Source: a virus
DNA: 64,000 bases
Direction: 5' to 3' (one strand)
Virus record (IMG/VR): IMGVR_UViG_3300023202_000068
Span: 1 to 64,000 of that record
Shown piece after piece: positions 9,922 through 20,373 of this stretch; position 1 is the first letter of the stretch; each line of letters opens with the position of its first letter. The notes under the pieces were generated by a model. The model was not told the DNA's origin. It saw only the letters and a list, made by a program, of their open reading frames with translations, and did no database searches. The position numbers and the translations under genes were made by a program.

Positions 9922-11730
9922 TTACATCTCATCTTCGTCAAGAAAATCTTGAATGTACAATTTTAATATATCCATTGAGTCCGGTCTGGTCATAAAATAT
10001 GCCTGTGCTGCAGCCGGATTCAAATCTGCTAATGTTTGTAAGTATTGAAACCAAAACTGATCTCTCTTGTATCTCAACACTGGGTCAACTATAGACGCTG
10101 GGGAATCCATGAAGTATTCCATAAATTTGCCGACATCTACAAAAGCACCGGCAACTTCTCTATACCTCTCGTTAAAGGGAACTTTACCACCCATGTGGTC
10201 GCCGACAAGTTCCTTATCAACCTCTTCCATGACTGAGTCATAGTCGTAGTGGATAGGCATGTCTTGTTGTAATCTAACTGACTCTTGTTGTTTAGTTTCA
10301 GCATCGAAACCAGCAAGGTTAATGTTACAAAGCTGCGACAGTTCCTGGTCAATAATTGGGAATAGTTTTTCATTGATAAAGTCTTGAAACTTTAAGATCA
10401 AAGGTCTGATACCAGTATCACGAGCAGCAGTTAGCTTGTACTCATTACTAGACTCTGAAAGAGATTGTTGACCAGTACCACGAGTTAGATGACCAAAGCC
10501 AGGAAGTTCATCTGGTGAAATGTTAAAAGCAGACAGGATGTTACGTGTAGTTTGATCGAAAAGAAACTGAAATTCACCGTCTTTTCTTGTAGGCTGAGTT
10601 GATACCCAGTTTACATTGTCTTCTTTTCCAACACCGAAAATAGGTGTTCTAAATGAATTAGTTACATTATTAATAGAAGCATTAAACTGCTGCTTCATAT
10701 CTTCAATAATTGCCTGATCAATTTCATCAGAGTTAATTACCAAGATACCTCGTGCAGCTCTACCGTTTTGAAAGTAAAGCTTATTGTAAACTTCAATTGA
10801 CATGTGTGTCGTAATTGAGTTCATTGCAGTATCCATAGGTGTTACAGGATATCCGTTGTGCTCAACATCTGAAGATGGATATAGACTATATACAATCATT
10901 TCTTTAGAAGTAAAGGCTTGCTTAGGTGTGCCGTGTACAACCTGAACCCAGGCATACTCTCCACTTTCCTGCTCATCTACCATCTTCTGACCAGTAATGT
11001 ATTCAAGTGCTTTTAGTGAACTTCTACGAATATTCTCTGCAGCTTCACCCTTTCTTACTGATCTGTAAATGGTACCAGCATCAACGGGTCTGAATCTGTG
11101 GAATTCATCTGTAGCATTACCTTCAGCGTCTTGTTCATAAATTAATTCAGTAGCAAACCTACCGAAACTCAGGCCGTTTCTAGCTTGAATATCTAAAAAC
11201 TCTGGTAGGGTCATCTTTTCATGCTCTTCTAGACCATCGGTATTACCACAGTTTATGAGGATTTTTAAGAAACGATCAATGCGCTCTTGAATTTTCACCA
11301 TCTGCTCTGGTTGTACGTGATCTTTAAATTCAGGCTTGATTTCAACGTCAATACCGATATCAAAGCGGTCTTTTCTAATATGACCCATCATTGACATCGT
11401 ATTACCACGAGCACGCAGGATCGAGGCAACTAGAAAGTTTTGTACGCGAATTTGCTTAATAACTTGATCTGGTAATAGGCCACGCTTTAATTTATAAATA
11501 CCGGCGTAGTTGTCATAGTTTTGAGGGTCTTCAGCGAAGGCTAATCTAGGTCTACCCTTGCCTTTTTTTGCAGCAGAACCAGCAGCGTGAGCAATTAAGC
11601 TTTTCATGATATCAGTATTCATGTCGCTAGAAGTATTCTTAATTATCTGATCATTGAACTCATCTTGCTGAGCCTGAATGTCAGTGTTTAAGAAAGGCTT
11701 CTGTTTTTTGTCTTTTTTATCTTCGCTCAT
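9922..11730 (-). CDS. portal protein
   Basis: 602 aa; FRPVDAGTIY, YFQNGRAARGIL, ILSAFNISPDELPG, GIRPLILKFQDFIN portal pattern; downstream of terminase. Confidence 0.88.
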   Translation of the reverse strand: MSEDKKDKKQKPFLNTDIQAQQDEFNDQIIKNTSSDMNTDIMKSLIAHAAGSAAKKGKGRPRLAFAEDPQNYDNYAGIYKLKRGLLPDQVIKQIRVQNFLVASILRARGNTMSMMGHIRKDRFDIGIDVEIKPEFKDHVQPEQMVKIQERIDRFLKILINCGNTDGLEEHEKMTLPEFLDIQARNGLSFGRFATELIYEQDAEGNATDEFHRFRPVDAGTIYRSVRKGEAAENIRRSSLKALEYITGQKMVDEQESGEYAWVQVVHGTPKQAFTSKEMIVYSLYPSSDVEHNGYPVTPMDTAMNSITTHMSIEVYNKLYFQNGRAARGILVINSDEIDQAIIEDMKQQFNASINNVTNSFRTPIFGVGKEDNVNWVSTQPTRKDGEFQFLFDQTTRNILSAFNISPDELPGFGHLTRGTGQQSLSESSNEYKLTAARDTGIRPLILKFQDFINEKLFPIIDQELSQLCNINLAGFDAETKQQESVRLQQDMPIHYDYDSVMEEVDKELVGDHMGGKVPFNERYREVAGAFVDVGKFMEYFMDSPASIVDPVLRYKRDQFWFQYLQTLADLNPAAAQAYFMTRPDSMDILKLYIQDFLDEDEM

Positions 11731-11733
11731 AGA

Positions 11734-12690
11734 TTACTCTGCCGTTGTGTAGAACACCCTTGCAGGCGACTGGGATAAATTTTTAATTTCTGCTGATCGA
11801 ATGATTGCGCTGGACATAAAGACACCAGGCTTCTTAGAAGTACCGGCAGTCAAAGGCTCAATTGTAATTGTTTCAGTAGTATCCAATGTGATCTGCAGCT
11901 TCTGGTCAGACTCGATATATATGAAGTTTTTTGCGTTTCTGTAGATAAACAAGGCTGCAGGGCTATTTGCGACTTCAGTTTCTGCCGGAAGGGAGTCTAG
12001 ACTAAAGAACTCAATGTAGTCGTCAGCAACATCTGTAATCTCATAAGTGTTTTGAGAAACAACGCTAAAACCTGCTGTAATATCTACTCGGTCTCCAACC
12101 TGAACACCATCTTGACTGTGGATCTTCAATTCGTCTTCAAAGCTAGCATCGAGTAGGATAGGTCCTTCGGCGAGCCCAGTGTTATTTTCTACTGTAAAGC
12201 TATTTGTAGTTTTTGCAAGAATCGTATATTTACCCTGATTAGCTACGTTAAAAGCAGCTCCAATTCTGACAATATCTCCAACCTCAACACTAGCCGCATC
12301 TAGGTCGTACAAAGTACCACCTGTGGCTGTAAAGGTTAAAAGCTTGGCGTTCTTGGTCACGGTAACTTCAGTAGTAGCGTCAGACCCAATTGCCCTAAGG
12401 GTTCTAAAACCAGGCAAGGTCCCTGCATTTCGGGAAATCCTATAAGTATTGGTTGTGCCGCTCTTGAGAGCTATGTCCCAGGTTGTGGTAGCATCGTCCG
12501 AAGTAGTTACTTGACCGGCAAAAAGGCTTTGGGACTGTCCAGCCTCAAGTACAATAGACTTGGAGCACGGCTCATCGATATCAATGCCTTGAGAGTCCCG
12601 ATTCCACTTAAAGTTATTTCTACTCGGATTGTTGGTGGGATTTTCGTCTTCGTAGGCATTTAGGTGAACTAGAAGGTTGAGCTTACTCAT
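11734..12690 (-). CDS. beta-rich virion structural protein
   Basis: Two VxVGDxVxI...NxxxYxI repeats; late-promoter motif upstream. Confidence 0.55.
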   Translation of the reverse strand: MSKLNLLVHLNAYEDENPTNNPSRNNFKWNRDSQGIDIDEPCSKSIVLEAGQSQSLFAGQVTTSDDATTTWDIALKSGTTNTYRISRNAGTLPGFRTLRAIGSDATTEVTVTKNAKLLTFTATGGTLYDLDAASVEVGDIVRIGAAFNVANQGKYTILAKTTNSFTVENNTGLAEGPILLDASFEDELKIHSQDGVQVGDRVDITAGFSVVSQNTYEITDVADDYIEFFSLDSLPAETEVANSPAALFIYRNAKNFIYIESDQKLQITLDTTETITIEPLTAGTSKKPGVFMSSAIIRSAEIKNLSQSPARVFYTTAE

Positions 12691-12722
12691 ATTTTTTCTC
12701 CAAAATCGCTAATAATCTAACT

Positions 12723-12731
12723 TAAAGATTG
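12723..12731 (-). promoter_or_regulatory. putative late promoter CAATCTTTA
   Basis: One of ten gene-upstream YAATCTTTA copies. Confidence 0.7.
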
Positions 12732-12771
12732 CTTTTGTCGCCAAACTATATAAATATTACAAAGTTTGTCG

Positions 12772-14655
12772 CTAACCCCAGAAGATCTTTCCCTTCTTCT
12801 TTATACCTGATATACCATCACTTGTAGCTAAACTGTCGATTTTATTCTTCATGGCCTTTTCATTAAGGGTATTGACCATTTTCTTAGTTTCCTCAATCGT
12901 TGGCTTTTTTATGGATTTTTTACCACCAGCACTGGTCATCATAGGCTTTGAGCCCTTGATAAAGAGGTTTTGAGCAGGATACCTGATAGCATCCATAATG
13001 TCAGAAGTACCATCGTCACCATGGTGTGGCTTGCCCTCAATGATCTCACCGCGACCATCAAGTGCCCACTTGTAAGTTCCAAAGGCGTCGATCACTTGTT
13101 GATTATTAGGTGTATCTATTACAAAATATTTTCTAGCATTACTGGAATTTACAACCTTAGACTGTAGTGCTGCTATACCGGCAGATACGTCCTTCTTAAA
13201 GTTAGGTATTTTCCATCCAGCCTTGTCAGACCTTCTAAGTGTTTTAATATAAGCAGGGTATGCCTGGTCCACATACCACTTGTCTACATCCCACTCATTC
13301 TGAAGCTCTTTGCCGTATTTTACTATATCATCAAGTTCAAGACCTGACATTGCAAATGTTTCAAGGTGCAGAACGTCTCCACCAGGCAATAAAGCCATAA
13401 CTACCATACAGGTTAAGTCGCTAAAACCCCAATCGGCACCACCTACAATCGGAACCCCTAGGCTTTTGAGGTAATCTTTTAGATATGAGAAATTATCTAG
13501 GTTTAGCTCTTCTCCCATTACTTTCTTAATAGCTTCTCCAACAGAGAGTACGTTCTTTTCAATGTCGAAACGAGGATAAACTAGACCACTAGAGGATGGT
13601 TTATTACACAAAAGCTGTGCTTCAGCCATATCTATCGGTGTTTGCTTAAAGTTATTGTGTACGGCAACTAAGGGTTTGTATAGGTCGCCAGAGTTATCTT
13701 GAGGCCTATCTACTAAGTAGTTTCTCATAACTGGTAACATGGGGTGATCTGCTATACCAGCGTAGGCCTCTAGCTTTTCATATTTTACCTTCGACTCAAC
13801 AGGTAGCTCAGCCCATCTTTCTTCTGTCAAAATCTCCATTGGCAGCTCTGAAGTCACATATCTAACAACCTTAGGCTCATCAGCCTTAGCCTCTTCTAAT
13901 GATATTCTTTCTGTAACATCTATAATGTTCCAGCGCAATATTTTACCACCAGCTTTTATTGTATTATCTAATGTCTTCTCCATCAGACCACCGGCAAACT
14001 TACGGGTAGAAAGATAGACGGTCATTGGAAAGTAATTTTTCCAAACCGAAGGAATCATCTTTGCTTCTTTTAATGCCCTTGGATCTTGTACAACGTCAAC
14101 TTCATCAATAAACAATAAGGGTACGTGCTCACTGTTAGCACCTGCAATCGTGGCTGTAACGATATTTAACCACACGGTTTGCCCACTCGGTGTAATCCAA
14201 TCGATATAAGCTTTATTGTCTGACTTTTTCTTCCACCCATGGTGCTCTAGATAGGGATGGATCTTACGAAAGAACCCATTGATATACTGTACTGCTTTTG
14301 CAGACTGAGCTTTAATTGCTGCCATGTGAGCCACTGGAACTTCAAAATGAATCATACACAGGACTTCTAGAGCTGCTGCGCAAAGAGTTTTATAGGAGTC
14401 ACGACTTGATAACATACAGGCTTCTGGACACTCTGAACTTTCACCTGTTTTGACGAGCCTGTATATTTCCCACATCGCATCGACTGGCGCGTGAGTAGAA
14501 TCGGGGTATACGACGCCCATAGGAAATAGGATGTCGAAAAACATATACATCCATGCCTGAAGCTCTTCTGCTGACTCAAGTGGTCTTAGAATTAATTCTT
14601 GCTTGAGAACCCTAAGCTGTTCAGGAGGGAGGTTTTTAAGCTGATCAATGTGCAT
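12772..14655 (-). CDS. terminase large subunit
   Basis: Walker A-like SSRDSYKT, Walker B LFIDEVD, nuclease GGADWGFSD and C-terminal DIMDAIRY; start could be 14670. Confidence 0.88.
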   Translation of the reverse strand: MHIDQLKNLPPEQLRVLKQELILRPLESAEELQAWMYMFFDILFPMGVVYPDSTHAPVDAMWEIYRLVKTGESSECPEACMLSSRDSYKTLCAAALEVLCMIHFEVPVAHMAAIKAQSAKAVQYINGFFRKIHPYLEHHGWKKKSDNKAYIDWITPSGQTVWLNIVTATIAGANSEHVPLLFIDEVDVVQDPRALKEAKMIPSVWKNYFPMTVYLSTRKFAGGLMEKTLDNTIKAGGKILRWNIIDVTERISLEEAKADEPKVVRYVTSELPMEILTEERWAELPVESKVKYEKLEAYAGIADHPMLPVMRNYLVDRPQDNSGDLYKPLVAVHNNFKQTPIDMAEAQLLCNKPSSSGLVYPRFDIEKNVLSVGEAIKKVMGEELNLDNFSYLKDYLKSLGVPIVGGADWGFSDLTCMVVMALLPGGDVLHLETFAMSGLELDDIVKYGKELQNEWDVDKWYVDQAYPAYIKTLRRSDKAGWKIPNFKKDVSAGIAALQSKVVNSSNARKYFVIDTPNNQQVIDAFGTYKWALDGRGEIIEGKPHHGDDGTSDIMDAIRYPAQNLFIKGSKPMMTSAGGKKSIKKPTIEETKKMVNTLNEKAMKNKIDSLATSDGISGIKKKGKIFWG

Positions 14656-15170
14656 GTAATTACATTCCAAATCGTAGGTGGTTTCGCCTCTAACTGGACT
14701 AGTTGTACAGCTTTTTGGAAGATCATTTTTTGTTGATCTATCCTATCTTCAGCGTCAGACAGGCGTTCCCGTAAAGTTTGAACTTCTGAAACTAAAGCCC
14801 TTAATTGCCTAGCAATTTCAAGTTGATCTTTTTCTCTTTGCACAATACCGTCAACTTGAGGAGCCATTTTTCTTAAAGACTTAAGGAGAATCTGTAAGGT
14901 TTCTTGAACATCTAGAGGTTTATCTGGTAGAGGGTCAACTATATCAGATAATGCCTCAAAAGCATCTTCTAGGGGGAGGTCACGGGACCTAGAAAAGTGA
15001 CGTGCGGCTTGATTTAAGATATCAGTCCGTATACTCTTCATTTCGTCCCAGTCTATTTTAGACTCTGCATACTCTAATTGTAGCTCTTTAATATAATGTC
15101 TGTAGTATTCAGGGTTAAATTTTTCACCCATAATCTCTTTACTTACATTAGAATCGCTCATTAGCTTCAT
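14592..15170 (-). CDS. hypothetical coiled-coil protein upstream of terminase large subunit
   Basis: ORF; position would also fit a small terminase subunit. Confidence 0.5.
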   Translation of the reverse strand: MKLMSDSNVSKEIMGEKFNPEYYRHYIKELQLEYAESKIDWDEMKSIRTDILNQAARHFSRSRDLPLEDAFEALSDIVDPLPDKPLDVQETLQILLKSLRKMAPQVDGIVQREKDQLEIARQLRALVSEVQTLRERLSDAEDRIDQQKMIFQKAVQLVQLEAKPPTIWNVITCTLISLKTSLLNSLGFSSKN

Positions 15171-16917
15171 TCCTTATGTTAGGTGCATTGTCGATTGATC
15201 TTTGAAAGTCCATCTGATCTCTAAACTCTTGATTTTCTAACTCGCTATCTCTAGGAAAAGCTACGATACCTCCAAGCGTACCCATCACTGAAGCAATTGA
15301 TACTGCATTCTTAAGAGCTTGTTCTACAGCTTTTGTGGCATCAAGTAGACCTAGTTTCTTGGCATCTCCGAACTCTCCATTTTCGACATCGTAGACTACC
15401 TTGCGGTCAGCCACCATTCTTTGGAGAATTTCGTTAACCTCGTCTTGGTTGTAGCCAGCATTGTCGAGTAGTTTAAAGAAAGGGTAAAACAGTGATGGTC
15501 CAATAATGTCTGACACTACGGCGTCATCCCCGTGCTTTTCCTGTAAATGAAGGGCTAGGTTGATTAGCATTCTACAACCACCAGGAAGACATCCGTCTGT
15601 AATTGCCGCTCTAACAGCGCAAACCGCATCTTCTGCTCTATCTGCTTTTTCCTTCAATTCACCGTTTGAAGAACCATAAATCTGTAATTTAGCGATACCC
15701 CTAGTTAACTTACCTAGACGTTCCTCTATGAGTTGCTTTTCAATCTTTGACTCTGATTGTTTTAGTAAAGTTTTCAAGTCTTCAGCTCTTACTTCAATAT
15801 TAGTAGGGTCAGAGTCGCCTACGATGGTAGTTCTAAACCTGTAAATCTCTATCTTCTCCATACCATCACCAAAGTCATTTTCCGTAAATTCAGACAAAGG
15901 ATTGGTCATGTCGAATATCTTAGCCCCAGTAAAAGCAGACAAGTCCATTAAGAAGTGGAGCTGCCCATTAACCATAGGAGTCATAGGTGTTGCCAAAGGC
16001 ACTACGTTAATAGTGTTGGGGTTACTGAAATTGAAGGCAAAGTTGGTTAACACCGTATCTGTAAACTTATGGGCTACAATTACCACATTCTTATAGTCTG
16101 AGTTTCCAGAAACATACTGTTCACCGATTGCAGACAGTATTTGTTGAACCTGGACAGGGTCGTTAATTGTACCATCAAATAGTATAAAAAGTGGTTTTTC
16201 TAAAATACAACGCTGATGCGCCTGGTCGTTAATAAAGGCTGAGTGAAACTTGCCGATAGATTCTTCATATCCTTTTTCGATAGGAAAACCCTCTACAAGC
16301 TCGACGTTGTAGCCAGAAGGACCTGACAACTCTTGAATAGTAACGTGAGAAGAGCTTCCATACCCCACTTCTTCAAAGGCACTTATTACTGCCTTAGCCA
16401 TTTCATCATCACCATTTGCTGAAATCTTAGCTACCTTCTCTAGGAGCTTCATATTCTTTTGTGTAATCTTTATAGATGACTTTTTAATTTCAGGGACAAT
16501 GTCCTCTTTTAAGATACGAGAGATTAGTCTCGTAATCTTCTGTGGACTATACTTTTTGTTGTTTTTGCAAAACTCAAAAATATTCTTAATTAAGGCAGAG
16601 GATATGATAGTCGCTGTGGTAGTTCCATCTCCAGCTTCGTTAACCGTCTGAACCGCTGCATCCCTTGTCTGCTCGATAATTAAATGCTCGTAGGCATTTT
16701 GAGACCCAAGAGATCTGAAAATAGTTACTCCGTCTTTAGTGTTTTTATTTGGAATCCCTGGTAACTCAGATTCGATAATCACGTTACGCCCACCAGGACC
16801 AAGAGATGAGCCTACTATACGCTCAATCTTGTTCATAGTTTTTACGACAACTCTTTCTAAGTTATCGACATCACTAGAAAACATTTTTGCTGGTGATTTG
16901 ACTTTTTTTACCGCCAT
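15148..16917 (-). CDS. groEL: GroEL-like chaperonin
   Basis: SLGPGGRNV, TKDGVTI, AGDGTTTAT, ISANGD, EDAVCAVRAA, LPGG; AAGGAG RBS before ATG 16917. Confidence 0.96.
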   Translation of the reverse strand: MAVKKVKSPAKMFSSDVDNLERVVVKTMNKIERIVGSSLGPGGRNVIIESELPGIPNKNTKDGVTIFRSLGSQNAYEHLIIEQTRDAAVQTVNEAGDGTTTATIISSALIKNIFEFCKNNKKYSPQKITRLISRILKEDIVPEIKKSSIKITQKNMKLLEKVAKISANGDDEMAKAVISAFEEVGYGSSSHVTIQELSGPSGYNVELVEGFPIEKGYEESIGKFHSAFINDQAHQRCILEKPLFILFDGTINDPVQVQQILSAIGEQYVSGNSDYKNVVIVAHKFTDTVLTNFAFNFSNPNTINVVPLATPMTPMVNGQLHFLMDLSAFTGAKIFDMTNPLSEFTENDFGDGMEKIEIYRFRTTIVGDSDPTNIEVRAEDLKTLLKQSESKIEKQLIEERLGKLTRGIAKLQIYGSSNGELKEKADRAEDAVCAVRAAITDGCLPGGCRMLINLALHLQEKHGDDAVVSDIIGPSLFYPFFKLLDNAGYNQDEVNEILQRMVADRKVVYDVENGEFGDAKKLGLLDATKAVEQALKNAVSIASVMGTLGGIVAFPRDSELENQEFRDQMDFQRSIDNAPNIRNEANERF

Positions 16918-16953
16918 TGCAACTCCTTCTTGTTCCAGTAACATATACCACAA

Positions 16954-17670
16954 CTAGAAAAAATCTTGACCTTCACTTAAGCCTTCTTTAGCTAATTCCC
17001 AGTTAAAGCAATAGGCTTTTTCTTGATAAGGCTGGTATCTAGCGTCTAGTGTTGAAGCATTTACAAAGGTTATAGGGCCTTCCCCTAAATCTTTAACCTC
17101 TACACCACGTGCCTCATGTATGTGACCGAAAATATGCATTTTAACATCTAGCCTGTGTAGGTGTGTAAGAAGCTCTCTACATCCTACGTGTGGATTCCAA
17201 TAAGGTGGGTGTGGAAAAAGTACAGAATCCAAAATCCCTTCGGGAGGACCGTGTGTTATTAAAAGTTCAGTATCGCTTGGTATTTTTTTCCAGTGCTCTT
17301 CAATATGTGCCCCTCTAAATCTATTAAAAGCCCAATTGTTGAAGGCTGGGGATATTGGGGAGCCCCATATTTTAATACCCTCTATTTCAGCACCAGAGTC
17401 GTTTAGATAAATAATGTTATTATCCTTACACATCTGCTCGTAAATCCCACGAGTAGTTTTTTCAAAACCCCAATCGTGATTTCCAGCAATCAGTATTTTA
17501 TACTTGTAAGGAAGGCTTGAGAACCAATTAATAAAACTTGTAACTTCCTTCTTGCTACCTCTACCCGATATGTCTCCGGCGTGAATAATCATTTCACCTG
17601 GAAATAAAAGATCACCCTCACTTAGCAGTTCGTGCTTGTTATGTGTATCCGATATTGTGACGATTCTCAT
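16954..17670 (-). CDS. calcineurin-like metallophosphoesterase
   Basis: SDTH, AGD, AGNHD, THGPP, FGHIHE. Confidence 0.9.
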   Translation of the reverse strand: MRIVTISDTHNKHELLSEGDLLFPGEMIIHAGDISGRGSKKEVTSFINWFSSLPYKYKILIAGNHDWGFEKTTRGIYEQMCKDNNIIYLNDSGAEIEGIKIWGSPISPAFNNWAFNRFRGAHIEEHWKKIPSDTELLITHGPPEGILDSVLFPHPPYWNPHVGCRELLTHLHRLDVKMHIFGHIHEARGVEVKDLGEGPITFVNASTLDARYQPYQEKAYCFNWELAKEGLSEGQDFF

Positions 17671-17672
17671 TT

Positions 17673-18665
17673 TTAAAAACCTATACCCATCTTTTTTGTG
17701 TCAGCAAAGGCAGCTTCAAACCTTTCCTTGTGGGTAACAAGTTGCTCTGCAGCTTCTAGTAGACTAATATCATCTAACTTAGACCTGACAACAATTTCTT
17801 GCAAGTGAGCGATTGAGAATTTTTTACTAGCAGCCAGGTGTGCCGCTGCCTTACCGTCATCAGTGATTTTTTGCTTTGAAATAAATGCAATAAGCTCTTC
17901 TGATTCTGTAGCATTTGGTGTTTTTAACTCTATAACTTTATCAAAACGCCCAGGTCTATCGATTAATGCTCCAACGCTTTGTTCTGGGTTGTTTGTTGTA
18001 GCAATAATAAAGGTAGGGATGCCTTTGAAAGGATTACCTACACCGTCAAGTAAGTTGAGTAATGAAGAATCTGCCCCTCTAGCCCCGTGATAGTCTTCGG
18101 TAGAGCCTCCACCGATATCTTCCATAACCATAATTAGTCTTGTAACTTTTTTACTAAAAGAAGATTTTCTAAGGAAAAATTTGTTCACAGCAGAAGATCT
18201 AACATCAGAAGTATCCCATACAACAACGCAAGTGCCTGAGTCTTGATCTAAAAATCCATTACAAACTTCATTGATAGCCGCTGTTTTACCTACACCAGGA
18301 GGTGAACATAAGATAATTGCACGTTTCGGCTCTCTCTCAAGCTCCTTGTAAACACTAAGTCTATCAAAAAACTTATCGGCTTCAGCCAAGATAGTAGAGG
18401 TGTTATCAATAGATGCCAGTAACTCATACTTGCGAAGTTCAAATTTCTTTAGGGAGGTTCCAAAAGAGCCGTCTTCAATAGAAAAACAGCCAGGTTTGAT
18501 GATAACCTTACCACCTTTTTCCTCGGCTTCCTGGTAGGACATCTGAATTAAGTGATCTTCAGTTTGGATTGTAACGTCCGATTCAGGAATGCTCTTGGCT
18601 ATTTGTTCGGCTAAATCATTTAGTTTTGTAACTTTTTTAATTACAAACTTTCCCTCTTCACTCAT
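17673..18665 (-). CDS. AAA+ ATPase
   Basis: PPGVGKT, VMEDI, LLNLLDG, TTN, DRPGRFD. Confidence 0.9.
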   Translation of the reverse strand: MSEEGKFVIKKVTKLNDLAEQIAKSIPESDVTIQTEDHLIQMSYQEAEEKGGKVIIKPGCFSIEDGSFGTSLKKFELRKYELLASIDNTSTILAEADKFFDRLSVYKELEREPKRAIILCSPPGVGKTAAINEVCNGFLDQDSGTCVVVWDTSDVRSSAVNKFFLRKSSFSKKVTRLIMVMEDIGGGSTEDYHGARGADSSLLNLLDGVGNPFKGIPTFIIATTNNPEQSVGALIDRPGRFDKVIELKTPNATESEELIAFISKQKITDDGKAAAHLAASKKFSIAHLQEIVVRSKLDDISLLEAAEQLVTHKERFEAAFADTKKMGIGF

Positions 18666-18892
18666 GTATTACCGTCCTTTTCTGGATCTATATTGTCGTA
18701 ATCATCAACGTAGTGGCTATTTTTTTGAATACCCATCTCTTTATATATACCATCAACTGACTCGACTGTCCAGGCAGAATCAAAGTGAAAACGATTATAT
18801 TTTTTTTGAAGCTTACGATGGTATAGTCTATAACGCTTTTTTGAAAAATGTGCATAATTATCGTGATAAATTTCTGTGCGCTTATACTTCAT
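18662..18892 (-). CDS. hypothetical protein
   Basis: AAGGAG RBS; ATGA overlap with next gene. Confidence 0.55.
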   Translation of the reverse strand: MKYKRTEIYHDNYAHFSKKRYRLYHRKLQKKYNRFHFDSAWTVESVDGIYKEMGIQKNSHYVDDYDNIDPEKDGNT

Positions 18893-18909
18893 AAAGACTC
18901 CTTTTAATT

Positions 18910-18939
18910 AAAAAAAAGGCTGGCACGAAGCCAGCCTTT
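18910..18939 (-). terminator. intrinsic terminator after major capsid gene
   Basis: AAAGGCTGGC-TTCGT-GCCAGCCTTT plus T run on minus strand. Confidence 0.85.
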
Positions 18940-18964
18940 GCAATAGGACGTATACTAATGCTTA

Positions 18965-20353
18965 TTAAGCAAGTTGACCGTCAATGTTTTCCATCAACAC
19001 GTTCTTACGAGGCTGCATAGCAGCTAGGCACAAGAAGCGGAAATGAGCTTCAGGAAGTGACAAGTCACTAACTGCTAGCTTCAATCTGCTATAAGGAGCC
19101 AATTGATGCATAGACATAGTAGAAGACTGAAGCAAGTATCCTGTTACGGAACCTGGACTTCTGTTTCCAAGGTCTACGAAAGAAGTGGCACCAGCTCCGG
19201 CAGCTTTTACACGACCGATGAACTTGGCTGTAGCGGCAGAGCCACCATCTTCAGAACGATACACGTTGAAGTGTTTAGCACCAGCAACAGCAGCGATTGT
19301 AAGTGTTACCGCTTGACCAGCAGTAGGGCTTACTTGAGCAGAAGCAGTCTCTAGAGACTCACCGCGCTCATTAACAGCAGTTGCTTTGTACACATAATCA
19401 CCAGCATCTAAGTTAGAAGCGGCGTTAGCAGCAGCAGCGGAACCTACAGAAGCAGGAGCAGCAGGGCTACCAGCACGTGCTCTTGCAGGTCTAGTTTTTC
19501 CAGACAAGAATCGGCTAGGCTCAAGAGCAACTAGAGCAGACGAAGTCCACTGAGTTCTCAAGTTAGCACCAGAAGCTTCTTGTGGAGAGCCTGCAAGCAT
19601 AATTCGTTCTTTGGCGAAGGCAATCTTGTTGTATGCGCTCAAAGAGATTGGATCTAGAACTAATTTATCAGCAGCACCGTGTTGCATTGCAGACTTAACT
19701 GATGCATCTTCGATAGCAGACTGAGAAAGAGTTCCATTAACAGAAACGACTACAGTTTGATCTGAACCGTATTCTGCAAACATAAGGTCTTGAGTGTTTG
19801 ACAAACTGTCAGACTCACGAACCTGAGAATCAACTCCACGAATGTTAGGCATTTCAGCGATAGCCGCAGGGTTACCGTCGAAAAGACCAGCATTTGAAAA
19901 GTCTGATTGACCACGGAAAGCGTCAAACTCAATATCAGCAGATAGTTTCATTGCAGCATCTTGAGCAGCGCGATCTTCAGCCTTACGACCATCGAAAGCT
20001 CCGATCATATTCGCAGCAACGGAAACTCTACGTGTAGTTGAGTAGTAACTCATAGGCACGATAGCTCGTACATAGTTACTTGTATCTTCTTCACCGATGC
20101 CGCCTTCAAATTGAGCGGAACCACCGAAAATACCGTAGTCTAGTTGTCGGTTAAATTGAATGAGTGTAGACTTAGCGTCTTTCACATTCAACATCTTCTG
20201 TAGCTTGATGTGACTGTCGTCAAAAGTGACGTTTTCCATCACAGGAGAAAGATCTTCTACCTGCAATGCAGCACCTTGGTTAAGCTGGCCAGGTTGCGCG
20301 TTATACGAACCGGCTTCCAAGGCTTTCATTAGATCATTAAGTTGTTCGACCAT
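18965..20353 (-). CDS. major capsid protein with inserted Ig/FN3-like domain
   Basis: 462 aa; GAALQVEDL N-arm, FEGG E-loop, YVYKATAVNERGES...FNVYRS insertion as in SPO1/Twort-like capsids; downstream of scaffold, followed by strong terminator. Confidence 0.88.
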   Translation of the reverse strand: MVEQLNDLMKALEAGSYNAQPGQLNQGAALQVEDLSPVMENVTFDDSHIKLQKMLNVKDAKSTLIQFNRQLDYGIFGGSAQFEGGIGEEDTSNYVRAIVPMSYYSTTRRVSVAANMIGAFDGRKAEDRAAQDAAMKLSADIEFDAFRGQSDFSNAGLFDGNPAAIAEMPNIRGVDSQVRESDSLSNTQDLMFAEYGSDQTVVVSVNGTLSQSAIEDASVKSAMQHGAADKLVLDPISLSAYNKIAFAKERIMLAGSPQEASGANLRTQWTSSALVALEPSRFLSGKTRPARARAGSPAAPASVGSAAAANAASNLDAGDYVYKATAVNERGESLETASAQVSPTAGQAVTLTIAAVAGAKHFNVYRSEDGGSAATAKFIGRVKAAGAGATSFVDLGNRSPGSVTGYLLQSSTMSMHQLAPYSRLKLAVSDLSLPEAHFRFLCLAAMQPRKNVLMENIDGQLA

Positions 20354-20373
20354 TGTATTCCTCCTATAATGGA

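Noticed and set aside
16464-16472. Intragenic YAATCTTTA copies (also 26011, 57042, 60330)
   Set aside because: Antisense within genes and at about chance frequency; not called as promoters
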